Assembly: GCA_002441245.1 (NCBI GenBank)
Contig: DJVP01000011.1
Location: forward strand, 1 to 51,294
Reading direction: 5' to 3'
Origin: Candidatus Omnitrophica bacterium UBA6253
GTDB taxonomy: Bacteria; Omnitrophota; Gorgyraeia; Gygaellales; Profunditerraquicolaceae
Length of the DNA: 51,294 nt
Notes under the pieces: generated by a model
Told to the model about the DNA's origin: nothing
Databases searched by the model: none
What the model saw: only the letters and a program-made list of their open reading frames with translations
Position numbers and translations under genes: made by a program
Part shown: one piece after another, positions 15,691-24,215 of the stretch
Layout: every line of letters starts with the position of its first letter
Position numbering within the stretch: position 1 is the stretch's first letter

Positions 15691-17157
15691 ATGCAGGAGA
15701 TAAATTTAAAGCCGTTAGAGATAAAGGACGTAGGTACGGTTAAAGAGATTAAAGGTGGCGTAATTAAAATAAGCGGGCTGGCTTCCTGTGTAAATGGCCA
15801 GTTGATTGAGCTTGCGCCTGATTTAATGGGTATGGTAATCGGTTTTACCAAGAGAGATGTCTTGGTTTTAGTTTTAGGCGATGAAAATAAGGTGCATATT
15901 GGCGATACTGTTTATGGGGAAGAGGGTGTTTTTGAAATTCCCGTAGGGAGTAATTTTATCGGCAGGGTAGTAAATACCTTTGGCCAGCCATTGGACGGCA
16001 AGGGTAAGATTGAGGGGGTGGATACTTATCCAATATTCAGAAATGCTCCCGGGGTCTTGGATAGGACGCCAATTGTAGAATCATTCCTTACCGGTACTAA
16101 AATTATCGATACTTGTATTCCCTTGGGTAAAGGCCAGAGAGAACTTATCCTGGGGGACAGGGTTACTGGAAAAACCACGCTGGTAATTGATGCGATTATA
16201 AATCAGAAGGGCAAGGATGTAATCTGTATATATTGCTGGGTAGGGGGTAGCCAGTCTGCCTTTTTGAAGATTATGGAACAGCTTAGGTTAAGCGGAGCTA
16301 TGGATTGGACTATTGTTGTGGCGGCCTCGGCATCTGCTTCTCCCGCAGAACAATATCTTGTCCCCTATGCTGCCTGTGCATTGGGAGAGTATTTTATGGA
16401 TCATGGCAGGGATGTTTTTTGCGCTTTTGATAATTTAACCCGGCACGCCTGGATCTACCGTGAGATATCCCTGCTTTTAGAGAGAAGCCCGGGCAGGGAA
16501 GCCTATCCCGGGGATATTTTTTATATCCATTCCCAATTAATGGAGCGAGCTGGCAAGTTAAATGAAGAAAAAGGAAGCGGCTCAATGACCTTTTTGCCTA
16601 TTGTAGAAACACAGGAAGGAGATATTACCGGCCTTGTTCAGTCTAATCTTGTTTCTATAACTGACGGCCAAATATATTTAAGCGCATCCCTTTTTAATGA
16701 AGGTTTCAGGCCGGCTATTGATTTAGGGCTTTCTGTCTCGCGAATTGGAAGTAAGGTCCAATGTGAATCCATAAAAAAAGTAAGCCGTTCCTTAAAGAGG
16801 GAATTTGCCCAGTATAAGGAATTAGCCGCTCTTACTACTATTAGAACTAAACTCTCTGCTGATATAGAACTTAGATTGAAGAGGGGGCAGGCATTAAGGG
16901 ATTTTTTCATTCAAGATAAATCAAGGCCTCTTTCCGTAGAAGAAACAGTGGTGCTTTTTTATGCTTTTATCAAAGAGATCCCTGAAATATTAGAAGAATC
17001 TAAAAGAGAAAATTTTAAACAAGAGATATTTGGTTATCTGCTTAAGAATTACCCGCAATTAATTGAAGAGCTTGCTATACAGAAGCTTTTAACCGGCGGG
17101 GTAGAAAGAGGCCTGGATAAGGCATTTGAGGATTTTTTTGAAGTTTCTAACAGCTAA
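15691..17157 (+). CDS. atpA: F1 ATPase alpha subunit
   Basis: The P-loop reads GDRVTGKTT. The motifs DNLTRHAWIYREISLLLERSPGREAYPGDIFYIHSQLMERA and GLSVSRIG are present. The start codon directly abuts the upstream stop (TAAATG). Confidence 0.9.
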   Translation: MQEINLKPLEIKDVGTVKEIKGGVIKISGLASCVNGQLIELAPDLMGMVIGFTKRDVLVLVLGDENKVHIGDTVYGEEGVFEIPVGSNFIGRVVNTFGQPLDGKGKIEGVDTYPIFRNAPGVLDRTPIVESFLTGTKIIDTCIPLGKGQRELILGDRVTGKTTLVIDAIINQKGKDVICIYCWVGGSQSAFLKIMEQLRLSGAMDWTIVVAASASASPAEQYLVPYAACALGEYFMDHGRDVFCAFDNLTRHAWIYREISLLLERSPGREAYPGDIFYIHSQLMERAGKLNEEKGSGSMTFLPIVETQEGDITGLVQSNLVSITDGQIYLSASLFNEGFRPAIDLGLSVSRIGSKVQCESIKKVSRSLKREFAQYKELAALTTIRTKLSADIELRLKRGQALRDFFIQDKSRPLSVEETVVLFYAFIKEIPEILEESKRENFKQEIFGYLLKNYPQLIEELAIQKLLTGGVERGLDKAFEDFFEVSNS

Positions 17158-17172
17158 AATCTAAGGAGCAGC

Positions 17173-18069
17173 ATGATTCCATTAGTTATATTACGTAAAG
17201 ATTTAGCGTTTAATAAGGTGATGGAGAGTATTATCGAGGTTTTGAAGGGGGTGGCTGCGACCGAGTATTTCCACCTTCAAAGCAAAAGAAAGAGTTTCGA
17301 TGAGTTTGAGGGTTATCTAAGGGATTTATTTGAACGGGTAGATATCAGCGGTTTCCAGCACCCTTTTTTAGGGGGGCCGGCTTCTTCAAGTAATATTGTT
17401 ATGATAACCTCGGATTCCGGTTTTCTCGGTGAACTTAATATGTCAGTAGTGAATTATGGTTTGGCCCAGTATAGAAGCGATGACCTGCTTACGGTAGTCG
17501 GTAAAGAAGGAGTCAGGTATATAGGAGAGCAAGGAATAAAATATACCAGTTTTGCCGGTATTGATGATGATATTTCTTATAGTACAGTGATAAAATTAAG
17601 AGACCATATAGTAAATGAGTTTTTTAACAAGAAATTAAGCAGTACGGTTATTGTTTACCCGCATTTTGTTTCTTTTGCGGTACAAAAGATTGAACAGTTC
17701 CAATTGTTCCCCTGCAGGTTTTTATTTCCACAGGAGTCAGGTTCCGGAAAAACAGGCCTTGGCCAAGCCGGGTTTTTGCAAATAGACCCCAGCGAGAAGG
17801 TGATATTGGACTCGCCCTTGAAGTCAATTGTAGAATATTTAGTCAAGGTATGGGTCGGGCAATTAATCCATCTTATCTTTTGGGAGAGTAAACTTTCTGA
17901 ATGGGCGGCTCGTGTAATGCATTTAGAGAGAAGTTCTAACGAGATCAGGGATCAGCAGAAGAAAATGAGGCTGCAATATTTTCGCACCATGCATGAAAGA
18001 AGCGATAAGAGTACTAGGGAGATTTTTGTCAGTAGGATGGCTTTGAGAAAGACCGGGGCCATAGCTTAA
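17173..18069 (+). CDS. atpG: F1 ATPase gamma subunit (divergent)
   Basis: The call rests on size (298 aa), position between alpha and beta, an N-terminal helix ([17 protein letters not shown]) and a C-terminal helical segment ([19 protein letters not shown]) resembling the gamma termini. Confidence 0.65.
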   Translation: MIPLVILRKDLAFNKVMESIIEVLKGVAATEYFHLQSKRKSFDEFEGYLRDLFERVDISGFQHPFLGGPASSSNIVMITSDSGFLGELNMSVVNYGLAQYRSDDLLTVVGKEGVRYIGEQGIKYTSFAGIDDDISYSTVIKLRDHIVNEFFNKKLSSTVIVYPHFVSFAVQKIEQFQLFPCRFLFPQESGSGKTGLGQAGFLQIDPSEKVILDSPLKSIVEYLVKVWVGQLIHLIFWESKLSEWAARVMHLERSSNEIRDQQKKMRLQYFRTMHERSDKSTREIFVSRMALRKTGAIA

Positions 18070-18083
18070 AACAGGAGTTTTTA

Positions 18084-19493
18084 ATGCAGGAAGGTAAAGT
18101 TGTTTCAGTGCAGGGACCGATTGTAGATGTAGAGTTCCCTCCCGAGGTGTCGTTTCCGGCAGTCTATGATATTATCGAGACAGAGACCTTTGACGGGCAG
18201 CGGATAGTATTGGAGGTAGTCGAGTATTTAAGCAAGACGGAGACGGATAAGACGAACACTATGCGTTGTATCTCCCTTACCCCCAATTTTGGCTTGCGTA
18301 GAAATGCCAAGGCCTTTGCTGTCGGTTCAACGATTAGTGTTCCCGTAGGGGAAGTAACCTGTTCCCGGATATTAAATGTGTTGGGTGAGCCGGTAGATAA
18401 AAAAGGCGCTATCAAGGTTGGCCCGGAGTCCATCAGGCCTATCCATAAAAAACATCAAATAGCTACAGTTGATACAGGGGAAGGTAAGGAGAAAAAGTTT
18501 GAGGTTATGCAGACAGGGATCAAGATGTTCGATCTTTTATTTCCTCTGATCAGAGGCTCAAGGAATGGTATTTTGGGAGGAGCTGCTTGCGGTAAGAGCG
18601 TAATTATCCTTGAGCTTATGCATAATATTATTAAGATGCAAAAAGGATATTGTGTATTTACCGGGGCTGGAGAACGGACCAGGGAAGGAAACGAGTTATA
18701 TTATGAGCTAGAGAAGCAGGAAATATTAAATAGGTCATCTTTGGTTTTTGGGCAGATGAATGAATCTCCTGGAGCCAGGTTTGAGGTAGTCCATACCGGT
18801 TTGACATTGGCAGAGTCTTTTGTTGAAGCCGGTGATGATGTTTTATTGTTTGTTGATAATGTATTCAGGTTTGCTCAGGCAGGCAGCGAGTTATCTACGC
18901 TCCTGGGGAGAATCCCTTCTGAAACCGGTTATCAACCCACCCTGCCTACAGAGATGGCTGAATTCCAGGAGAGGATCCGCTCTATAGGGCAGGCTTCAAT
19001 TACAGCGATGGAAGCAGTCTATGTGCCTTCTGACGACTTGACTGATCCGGCCGTTGTCTGCATATTCAGTTATTTAGATTCCATAGTTATCTTGTCACGC
19101 CGGTATGTTCAGTTAGGACTTTTTCCCGCTATTGACGCCTTGACATCCTCCTGTGCTTTTCTTGACCCTATGATTATTGGAAACAGGCATTTCAAAATTT
19201 CCCGGGATGTCTTAAGGATCCTTAACAGGTATGAGGAGCTTAGGCGTATTGTTGCTATTGTAGGGGTAGAGGAGCTTTCCGGAGGAGACCGTATCATATT
19301 TGAAAGGGCGCAAAAACTGCAGAATTTTCTTACTCAGCCATTTTTTACCGCAGAAGCTTATACAGGCAAAAAAGGGGAATATGTCCCCTTAGAGGCGACT
19401 TTAGAGGGCTGTGAAAGGATAGTTGCTGGCCAGGTGGATAAAGTTCCTAATGAGAAGTTCTATATGATTGGGGCATTGTTGGCTAATCCTTAA
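18084..19493 (+). CDS. atpD: F1 ATPase beta subunit (variant P-loop and degenerate DELSEED)
   Basis: The P-loop reads GGAACGKSV. The motifs [43 protein letters not shown] and [13 protein letters not shown] are present. The DELSEED position reads EELSGGD (nt 19269-19289). Confidence 0.9.
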   Translation: MQEGKVVSVQGPIVDVEFPPEVSFPAVYDIIETETFDGQRIVLEVVEYLSKTETDKTNTMRCISLTPNFGLRRNAKAFAVGSTISVPVGEVTCSRILNVLGEPVDKKGAIKVGPESIRPIHKKHQIATVDTGEGKEKKFEVMQTGIKMFDLLFPLIRGSRNGILGGAACGKSVIILELMHNIIKMQKGYCVFTGAGERTREGNELYYELEKQEILNRSSLVFGQMNESPGARFEVVHTGLTLAESFVEAGDDVLLFVDNVFRFAQAGSELSTLLGRIPSETGYQPTLPTEMAEFQERIRSIGQASITAMEAVYVPSDDLTDPAVVCIFSYLDSIVILSRRYVQLGLFPAIDALTSSCAFLDPMIIGNRHFKISRDVLRILNRYEELRRIVAIVGVEELSGGDRIIFERAQKLQNFLTQPFFTAEAYTGKKGEYVPLEATLEGCERIVAGQVDKVPNEKFYMIGALLANP

Positions 19494-19569
19494 TTTAATA
19501 TTTAAAATGATTTTGGCTGGGAAAGCATAAGTAATAAATTCATACAAATAAACAAGGGAGACCAAGGGA

Positions 19570-21294
19570 ATGTTAATTAAAATAGGGCAGATGCTGATTA
19601 ATAAGAAATTGATTACGCCTGAGCAGTTAGAGGCAGCTCTTGCCGAACAAGGTAAAACCGGTGAGCTTTTAGGGGTTATCCTGGTTAAAAAGGGTTTTTT
19701 GAGCCAGGAGGATTTCTTAAAAGTACTTTCTGAGCAGTTTAATGTGCCTTTTATAAAGTTAAAGGAAACCGCTATTGATCCTTTAGCGATAAAGAAAGTA
19801 CCCGCCAAGTTCGCCTGGTATTATAAAGTTATGCCGGTTAAATTTGTAGATAATAAATTGCTTATTGCTTCTTCTGACCCCTTGCGTTCTCTGGATGATC
19901 TGAGAATATTCTTAGGTTATGATTTGAAGCCGGCCCTGGCTTCGGAATCAGAAATAATGGAAATGATCAAGGAGAATTACGGGGTAGGCGCTGAGACTGT
20001 AGAGGGGATCATTGCTAAAGCGCCCAAAGATACCAAGGGGCAGGATGCGCCAAAAGAAACAGGCAAGATTGAGGATATAGAGAAATTAGCCGAAGATGCC
20101 TCAGTAGTCAAGTTGGTAAACCAGATAATTCTGGAGGCTTATCAGAAGAGGGCAACCGATATCCATATTGAGCCATTCCGGGGTAAGATGAATATAAGAT
20201 ACCGTATTGACGGCGTTCTTTACAACGCAAATGTTCCGGCTGATATCGAGCGGTTTTTCCTGGCGATTATTTCGCGTATAAAGATAATGTCCAGGTTGAA
20301 TATTGTAGAACGCCGACTTCCTCAGGATGGCCGCGCTGTGATAAAAATTGGGCAGGAGGAACTGGATTTAAGAATTTCGATTATCCCCACGCGTTACGGT
20401 GAGGGTATGGTTATAAGGATCCTTCCCATGAGTATGCTTTTTAGCCTGGAGCGGCTTGGCTTGGTCCCTGAGGATTTAGAGATTTTGGCAAAATTAATCA
20501 AGAAGCCCCACGGCATAATCCTGGTTACCGGGCCGACGGGAAGCGGCAAGAGCACTACGTTGTATGGGTGTTTGAATGATATAAAAAGCAGCAAGAATAA
20601 GATAATTACTATTGAAGACCCTATAGAATATGAACTGGAGGGTATAATTCAAATCCAGGTCATTCCGGAAATAGGGTTTACTTTTGCTCAAGGCTTAAGA
20701 AGTATATTAAGGCATGATCCGGATATTATGATGGTAGGAGAGATCAGGGATTTTGAGACCGCGGAGCTGGCAATAAGGAGTGCGTTAACCGGGCATTTGG
20801 TTTTTTCCACCCTGCACACAAATGACGCTGCCGGGGCGGTTGCCCGCCTGTTAAATATAGGTATTGAGCCATACCTGGTAGCTTCTTCCGTAGAGGCATT
20901 CATCGCCCAGAGGTTGGTGCGCTTAATCTGCCCGGAATGCAAAAAGATAGATACGGCGATACCGGATAATGTCAGGTCGTTAATAAGCCAGGATATAGCC
21001 AAGAGCAAAACAGATTTAAAACATTTAAAACCTGAAGAGATTAAATTTTACAAGGGGCAGGGCTGTAAGGAATGCAATTTTACCGGTTATAAAGGCAGGA
21101 CTGCAATCCATGAAATACTGGTAGTAGATAAGCTGATAAGAGAGTTGATGTTGAGGAAGGCATCAACCGATGAATTAAGGGATAAGGCGGTCAGTCAGGG
21201 AATGAAGACTTTGCGTTTATGCGGGTGGAAGAAGGTTATCGACGGCCTGACTACTCCCGAAGAGATATTGAGGGTAACCCAGGCAGAGGAGTAA
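19570..21294 (+). CDS. gspE: Type II secretion / type IV pilus assembly ATPase (GspE/PilB family) with an MshEN-like N-terminal domain
   Basis: Walker A is GPTGSGKST. The motifs IMMVGEIRD and FSTLHTND are present. The tetracysteine cluster reads CPECKK...CKECNFTGYKGR. The N-terminus is LITPEQLEAALAEQ...LLGVILVKKGFLSQEDFLKVLSEQ. Confidence 0.9.
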   Translation: MLIKIGQMLINKKLITPEQLEAALAEQGKTGELLGVILVKKGFLSQEDFLKVLSEQFNVPFIKLKETAIDPLAIKKVPAKFAWYYKVMPVKFVDNKLLIASSDPLRSLDDLRIFLGYDLKPALASESEIMEMIKENYGVGAETVEGIIAKAPKDTKGQDAPKETGKIEDIEKLAEDASVVKLVNQIILEAYQKRATDIHIEPFRGKMNIRYRIDGVLYNANVPADIERFFLAIISRIKIMSRLNIVERRLPQDGRAVIKIGQEELDLRISIIPTRYGEGMVIRILPMSMLFSLERLGLVPEDLEILAKLIKKPHGIILVTGPTGSGKSTTLYGCLNDIKSSKNKIITIEDPIEYELEGIIQIQVIPEIGFTFAQGLRSILRHDPDIMMVGEIRDFETAELAIRSALTGHLVFSTLHTNDAAGAVARLLNIGIEPYLVASSVEAFIAQRLVRLICPECKKIDTAIPDNVRSLISQDIAKSKTDLKHLKPEEIKFYKGQGCKECNFTGYKGRTAIHEILVVDKLIRELMLRKASTDELRDKAVSQGMKTLRLCGWKKVIDGLTTPEEILRVTQAEE

Positions 21295-21301
21295 TAAAGG
21301 T

Positions 21302-21541
21302 ATGTTTAAGGTATCGGTGCTGGATATAAAGACAGCTTCGACTATATTCCAGGAGTTAGTTTCTTCTGTTATACTGCCTGGTGACGAAGGCGAGCTTTCT
21401 ATATTAGATTTTCATCAACCGATCATCTCTTGTTTAAAAGAGGGTATGATTAAAATAGATAATATCCCGCCTGTGGTTATCAAGAGTGGCATTGCAAGCA
21501 TGCAGGATAATGAACTGGTAGTATTGGTGGAGAAAAAATAA
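21302..21541 (+). CDS. atpC: F1 ATPase epsilon-like protein: N-terminal beta-sandwich domain only (79 aa)
   Basis: VSVLDIKTASTIFQELVSSVILPGDEGELSILDFHQPIISCLKEGMIKI aligns by eye with the epsilon consensus (..G.EGE[LF]GIL.GH.P.......G...I). No C-terminal helical hairpin is present. The gene starts 7 nt after the gspE stop and ends 1 nt before the gspF start. Confidence 0.65.
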   Translation: MFKVSVLDIKTASTIFQELVSSVILPGDEGELSILDFHQPIISCLKEGMIKIDNIPPVVIKSGIASMQDNELVVLVEKK

Positions 21542-21542
21542 G

Positions 21543-22790
21543 ATGCCAATATTTGTTTATCAAGCAAAAAAAGGTCCTCAGGAAGTTATCGAAGGGACTG
21601 TCGATGCCGCAACCAAAGAAGCGGCTGTGAATAAGATAGAGAATATGGGTTATGTGCCTATCCGGGTTAATCTTGAAAAAGAGCCTAATGTTGGTGCTGC
21701 CGGAAAACTGCCAGGAGACAAAAATGCCGCTGTTGGGCATTTGGGGCTGTTTGAAAGGGTTGGTTCCCGTGACTTAAATGTATTTACTGAACAACTGGCT
21801 ACCTTGGTTAAGTCTAAGGTACCGCTTTTTGAAGCTATAAATATTCTTTCTTCTCAGACGGATAATCCCAGGCTTAAAATGATAATAACTTCTATATCCG
21901 GTGAATTAAAAGACGGTAAAACCTTGTCGGAGGCATTAAGTAGATACCCCCAGGTTTTTCCTTTGCTATATGTTAATATGGTCCGTTCAGGAGAAACAGG
22001 CGGTGTTTTAGATGAGACCTTGACCCGGCTGGCTAAATTCCGTGAAGAACAAGAAGAGGTAAGGGCAAATATCAGTTCAGCCCTGGCATATCCGATCTTT
22101 ATAACAGTAGTAGGTTTGATTACCGTTATTATCCTGCTTACCTTTGGTATTCCGCGTTTAGTTTCTATGTTCAGCGAAACCAAGCAAGCCCTGCCTTTGC
22201 CTACCAGGATCTTGATTTCAATAAGTAGCGGAATCAGGAATTATTGGTATTTAGGGATTACATTTATAGCCCTGGTAATCTTTATCCTGCAACAAAAACA
22301 GGTAGCTAAGAAAAAAAAGGCTATTCTTGAAAAGATTATATTAAGGTTGCCCTTAATCGGAAATTTTAGCAAAAAGGCTATGCTGGGGGAGTTTACCCGG
22401 ACTTTTGCTTTACTCCTGGCTAATGGGGTTCCGGTACTTGAGGCCCTTCAGATAACAGTGCCGACAATAAATAATGAAGTATTTAAACTGGAGCTGGAAA
22501 AGGTACATAGCGACCTTATTGTGGGTACTCCTCTTTCTCAGAGCATGAGAAAATCCAGCTGGTTCCCGCCATTTCTGACCAATATGATAGCGGTAGGCGA
22601 AAGAGGAGGGAATCTTCAAGATGTATTATTGGAGGTGGCAGTTTTTTATGAGCGCGAAGTAAGAAAAATAAATAAAATAATGACCTCTTTACTTGAACCA
22701 GCGATAATCTTAGTTATGGGTTTAGTAGTAGGGTTTATTGTCATAGCGATGCTCCTGCCTATTTTTGAGATAAATATGGCGGTGCAATAA
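21543..22790 (+). CDS. gspF: T2SS/T4P inner-membrane platform protein (GspF/PilC family)
   Basis: This is a 415-aa protein with a duplicated GspF domain. The motifs LATLVKSKVPLFEAINIL, VNMVRSGETGGVLDETL and NMIAVGERGGNLQDVL are present, along with three TM segments. Confidence 0.9.
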   Translation: MPIFVYQAKKGPQEVIEGTVDAATKEAAVNKIENMGYVPIRVNLEKEPNVGAAGKLPGDKNAAVGHLGLFERVGSRDLNVFTEQLATLVKSKVPLFEAINILSSQTDNPRLKMIITSISGELKDGKTLSEALSRYPQVFPLLYVNMVRSGETGGVLDETLTRLAKFREEQEEVRANISSALAYPIFITVVGLITVIILLTFGIPRLVSMFSETKQALPLPTRILISISSGIRNYWYLGITFIALVIFILQQKQVAKKKKAILEKIILRLPLIGNFSKKAMLGEFTRTFALLLANGVPVLEALQITVPTINNEVFKLELEKVHSDLIVGTPLSQSMRKSSWFPPFLTNMIAVGERGGNLQDVLLEVAVFYEREVRKINKIMTSLLEPAIILVMGLVVGFIVIAMLLPIFEINMAVQ

Positions 22791-22805
22791 TAAGGGGGAA
22801 TTTAA

Positions 22806-23222
22806 ATGAAGGCAAAAAGTGGCTTTACGCTTATAGAGTTAATGTTGGTAGTTATAATCCTCGGTGTTTTAGCGGCGATGGTAATGCCAAGGCTGTCCGG
22901 ACGCTCAGAGCAGGCAAAGTCCTCAGTGGCTAAGACAGATATCAGCGCTAATATAGCAACTGCCCTGGATCTTTATGAGCTGGATAATGGCAGATACCCG
23001 ACTACAGAGCAGGGGCTTAGCGCATTAGTGACAAAACCGGGGGATCTTTCCGATGGGTCTAATTGGAATGGCCCCTATATTAAAAAGGAACCTAACGATC
23101 CATGGGATAAGGCGTATCAGTATAAATACCCTTCAACGCATGAAGGCCAAGACTATGACTTGTATTCCCTGGGGGCAGACGGCATAGAAAGTGAAGATGA
23201 TATCGGCAACTGGGAAAAGTAA
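22806..23222 (+). CDS. gspG: Major pseudopilin GspG
   Basis: The prepilin leader and cleavage motif reads MKAKSG/FTLIELMLVVIILGVLAAMV. The GspG-type body includes LDLYELDNGRYPTTEQGL, DPWDKAYQY and LYSLGADGIESEDDIGNW. Confidence 0.85.
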   Translation: MKAKSGFTLIELMLVVIILGVLAAMVMPRLSGRSEQAKSSVAKTDISANIATALDLYELDNGRYPTTEQGLSALVTKPGDLSDGSNWNGPYIKKEPNDPWDKAYQYKYPSTHEGQDYDLYSLGADGIESEDDIGNWEK

Positions 23223-23595
23223 AGGTTTTACGTTAATTGAAATAATGATCAGTATATCCATCCTGTCTGTGGGGTTGATTTTTGTGCTTCAAGGGCTCAC
23301 CCAGTGCCTTAGTATTTTGCGTATTTCCCAGAATAATCTGGAAGCAAGTTTGTTGGCTGAGGAGAAGATGGCAGAAGTAGAGATAGCCGCTAAGCAGGAT
23401 AAGACCACATTCTCTAAAGATGCAAGCGGAGAAGAGCAATCCGGTAATATAGAATTTAAATGGCAAATACGATTGACTCCTGACAGTGGATATGAAGATC
23501 TTAATAAGGTCATGGATACTGTTTATTGGAAAGAGGGCAGAAGGAGCGGCGTCAGCGTATTTAATACTTATTTGTTAATCCCGCATGATAAATAG
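23191..23595 (+). CDS. Minor pseudopilin (GspI-like)
   Basis: The leader reads ...GKSKG/FTLIEIMISISILSVGLIF. At 134 aa the size matches GspI. The start is GTG 23191 or ATG 23197, and the gene overlaps the end of gspG. Confidence 0.6.
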   Translation: MKMISATGKSKGFTLIEIMISISILSVGLIFVLQGLTQCLSILRISQNNLEASLLAEEKMAEVEIAAKQDKTTFSKDASGEEQSGNIEFKWQIRLTPDSGYEDLNKVMDTVYWKEGRRSGVSVFNTYLLIPHDK

Positions 23596-24205
23596 AAAGA
23601 ATAATAAAAAGAAGTTCATCATGGGGTTTACCCTGGTTGAACTTATTATCAGCGGGGCAATAATCTTTTTGATTTCTGTAACTGTGTATTCCGTATTTTC
23701 CAGTGGTATTAATGTCTGGAAAAAAGCTAATCAGGCCAAGAGCAAGGGGTATGGTTTAAGACTGATTGCGGATAAGTTGAGTATGGAGCTAAGGAATACT
23801 TTTAAGTTTTCCAGCATTCCGTTTGAGGGCACCGAAGATTCTATTTCTTTTGCTGCCCTTGTCGATAACGGGGTAAGCAGGACCAGCTATTTTATTAATG
23901 AGGATAATGTTTTTTGCCGCAGGCTTCAGAGCTATGCGGATGTTTTTAAGAAGGGCGAGTCCGGTAATTATGATTTACTGTTTTTCGGGGCCAAGAAGTT
24001 AAAGTTTAGCTATTGTTACCTTGATAACGCAACAGGTGATTATGAATGGAAGGATGAGTGGATAAAAGAGGAGCAGGATACTATCCCCCAGGCAGTAAAA
24101 ATAGAGTTGACTTTTGAAGGAAAGCCTGAAGAAGAATTAAAATTTACCAAAACGGTCTTCATCCCTATTGGTACGGGAGAGCAACGGATAGAACTTATAC
24201 AGTAG
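23585..24205 (+). CDS. Minor pseudopilin (GspJ/H-like)
   Basis: A basic leader, MINRKNNKKKFIMG/FTLVELIISGAIIFLISV, precedes a 206-aa protein. The gene overlaps the preceding gene by 11 nt. Confidence 0.5.
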   Translation: MINRKNNKKKFIMGFTLVELIISGAIIFLISVTVYSVFSSGINVWKKANQAKSKGYGLRLIADKLSMELRNTFKFSSIPFEGTEDSISFAALVDNGVSRTSYFINEDNVFCRRLQSYADVFKKGESGNYDLLFFGAKKLKFSYCYLDNATGDYEWKDEWIKEEQDTIPQAVKIELTFEGKPEEELKFTKTVFIPIGTGEQRIELIQ

Positions 24206-24215
24206 GGGTAAGTTT

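Noticed and set aside
19401-19808. A 135-aa minus-strand ORF spanning the atpD/gspE intergenic region
   Set aside because: It overlaps the 3' end of atpD and the 5' end of gspE. It has no motifs, and its hydrophobic/basic composition is typical of antisense translation.
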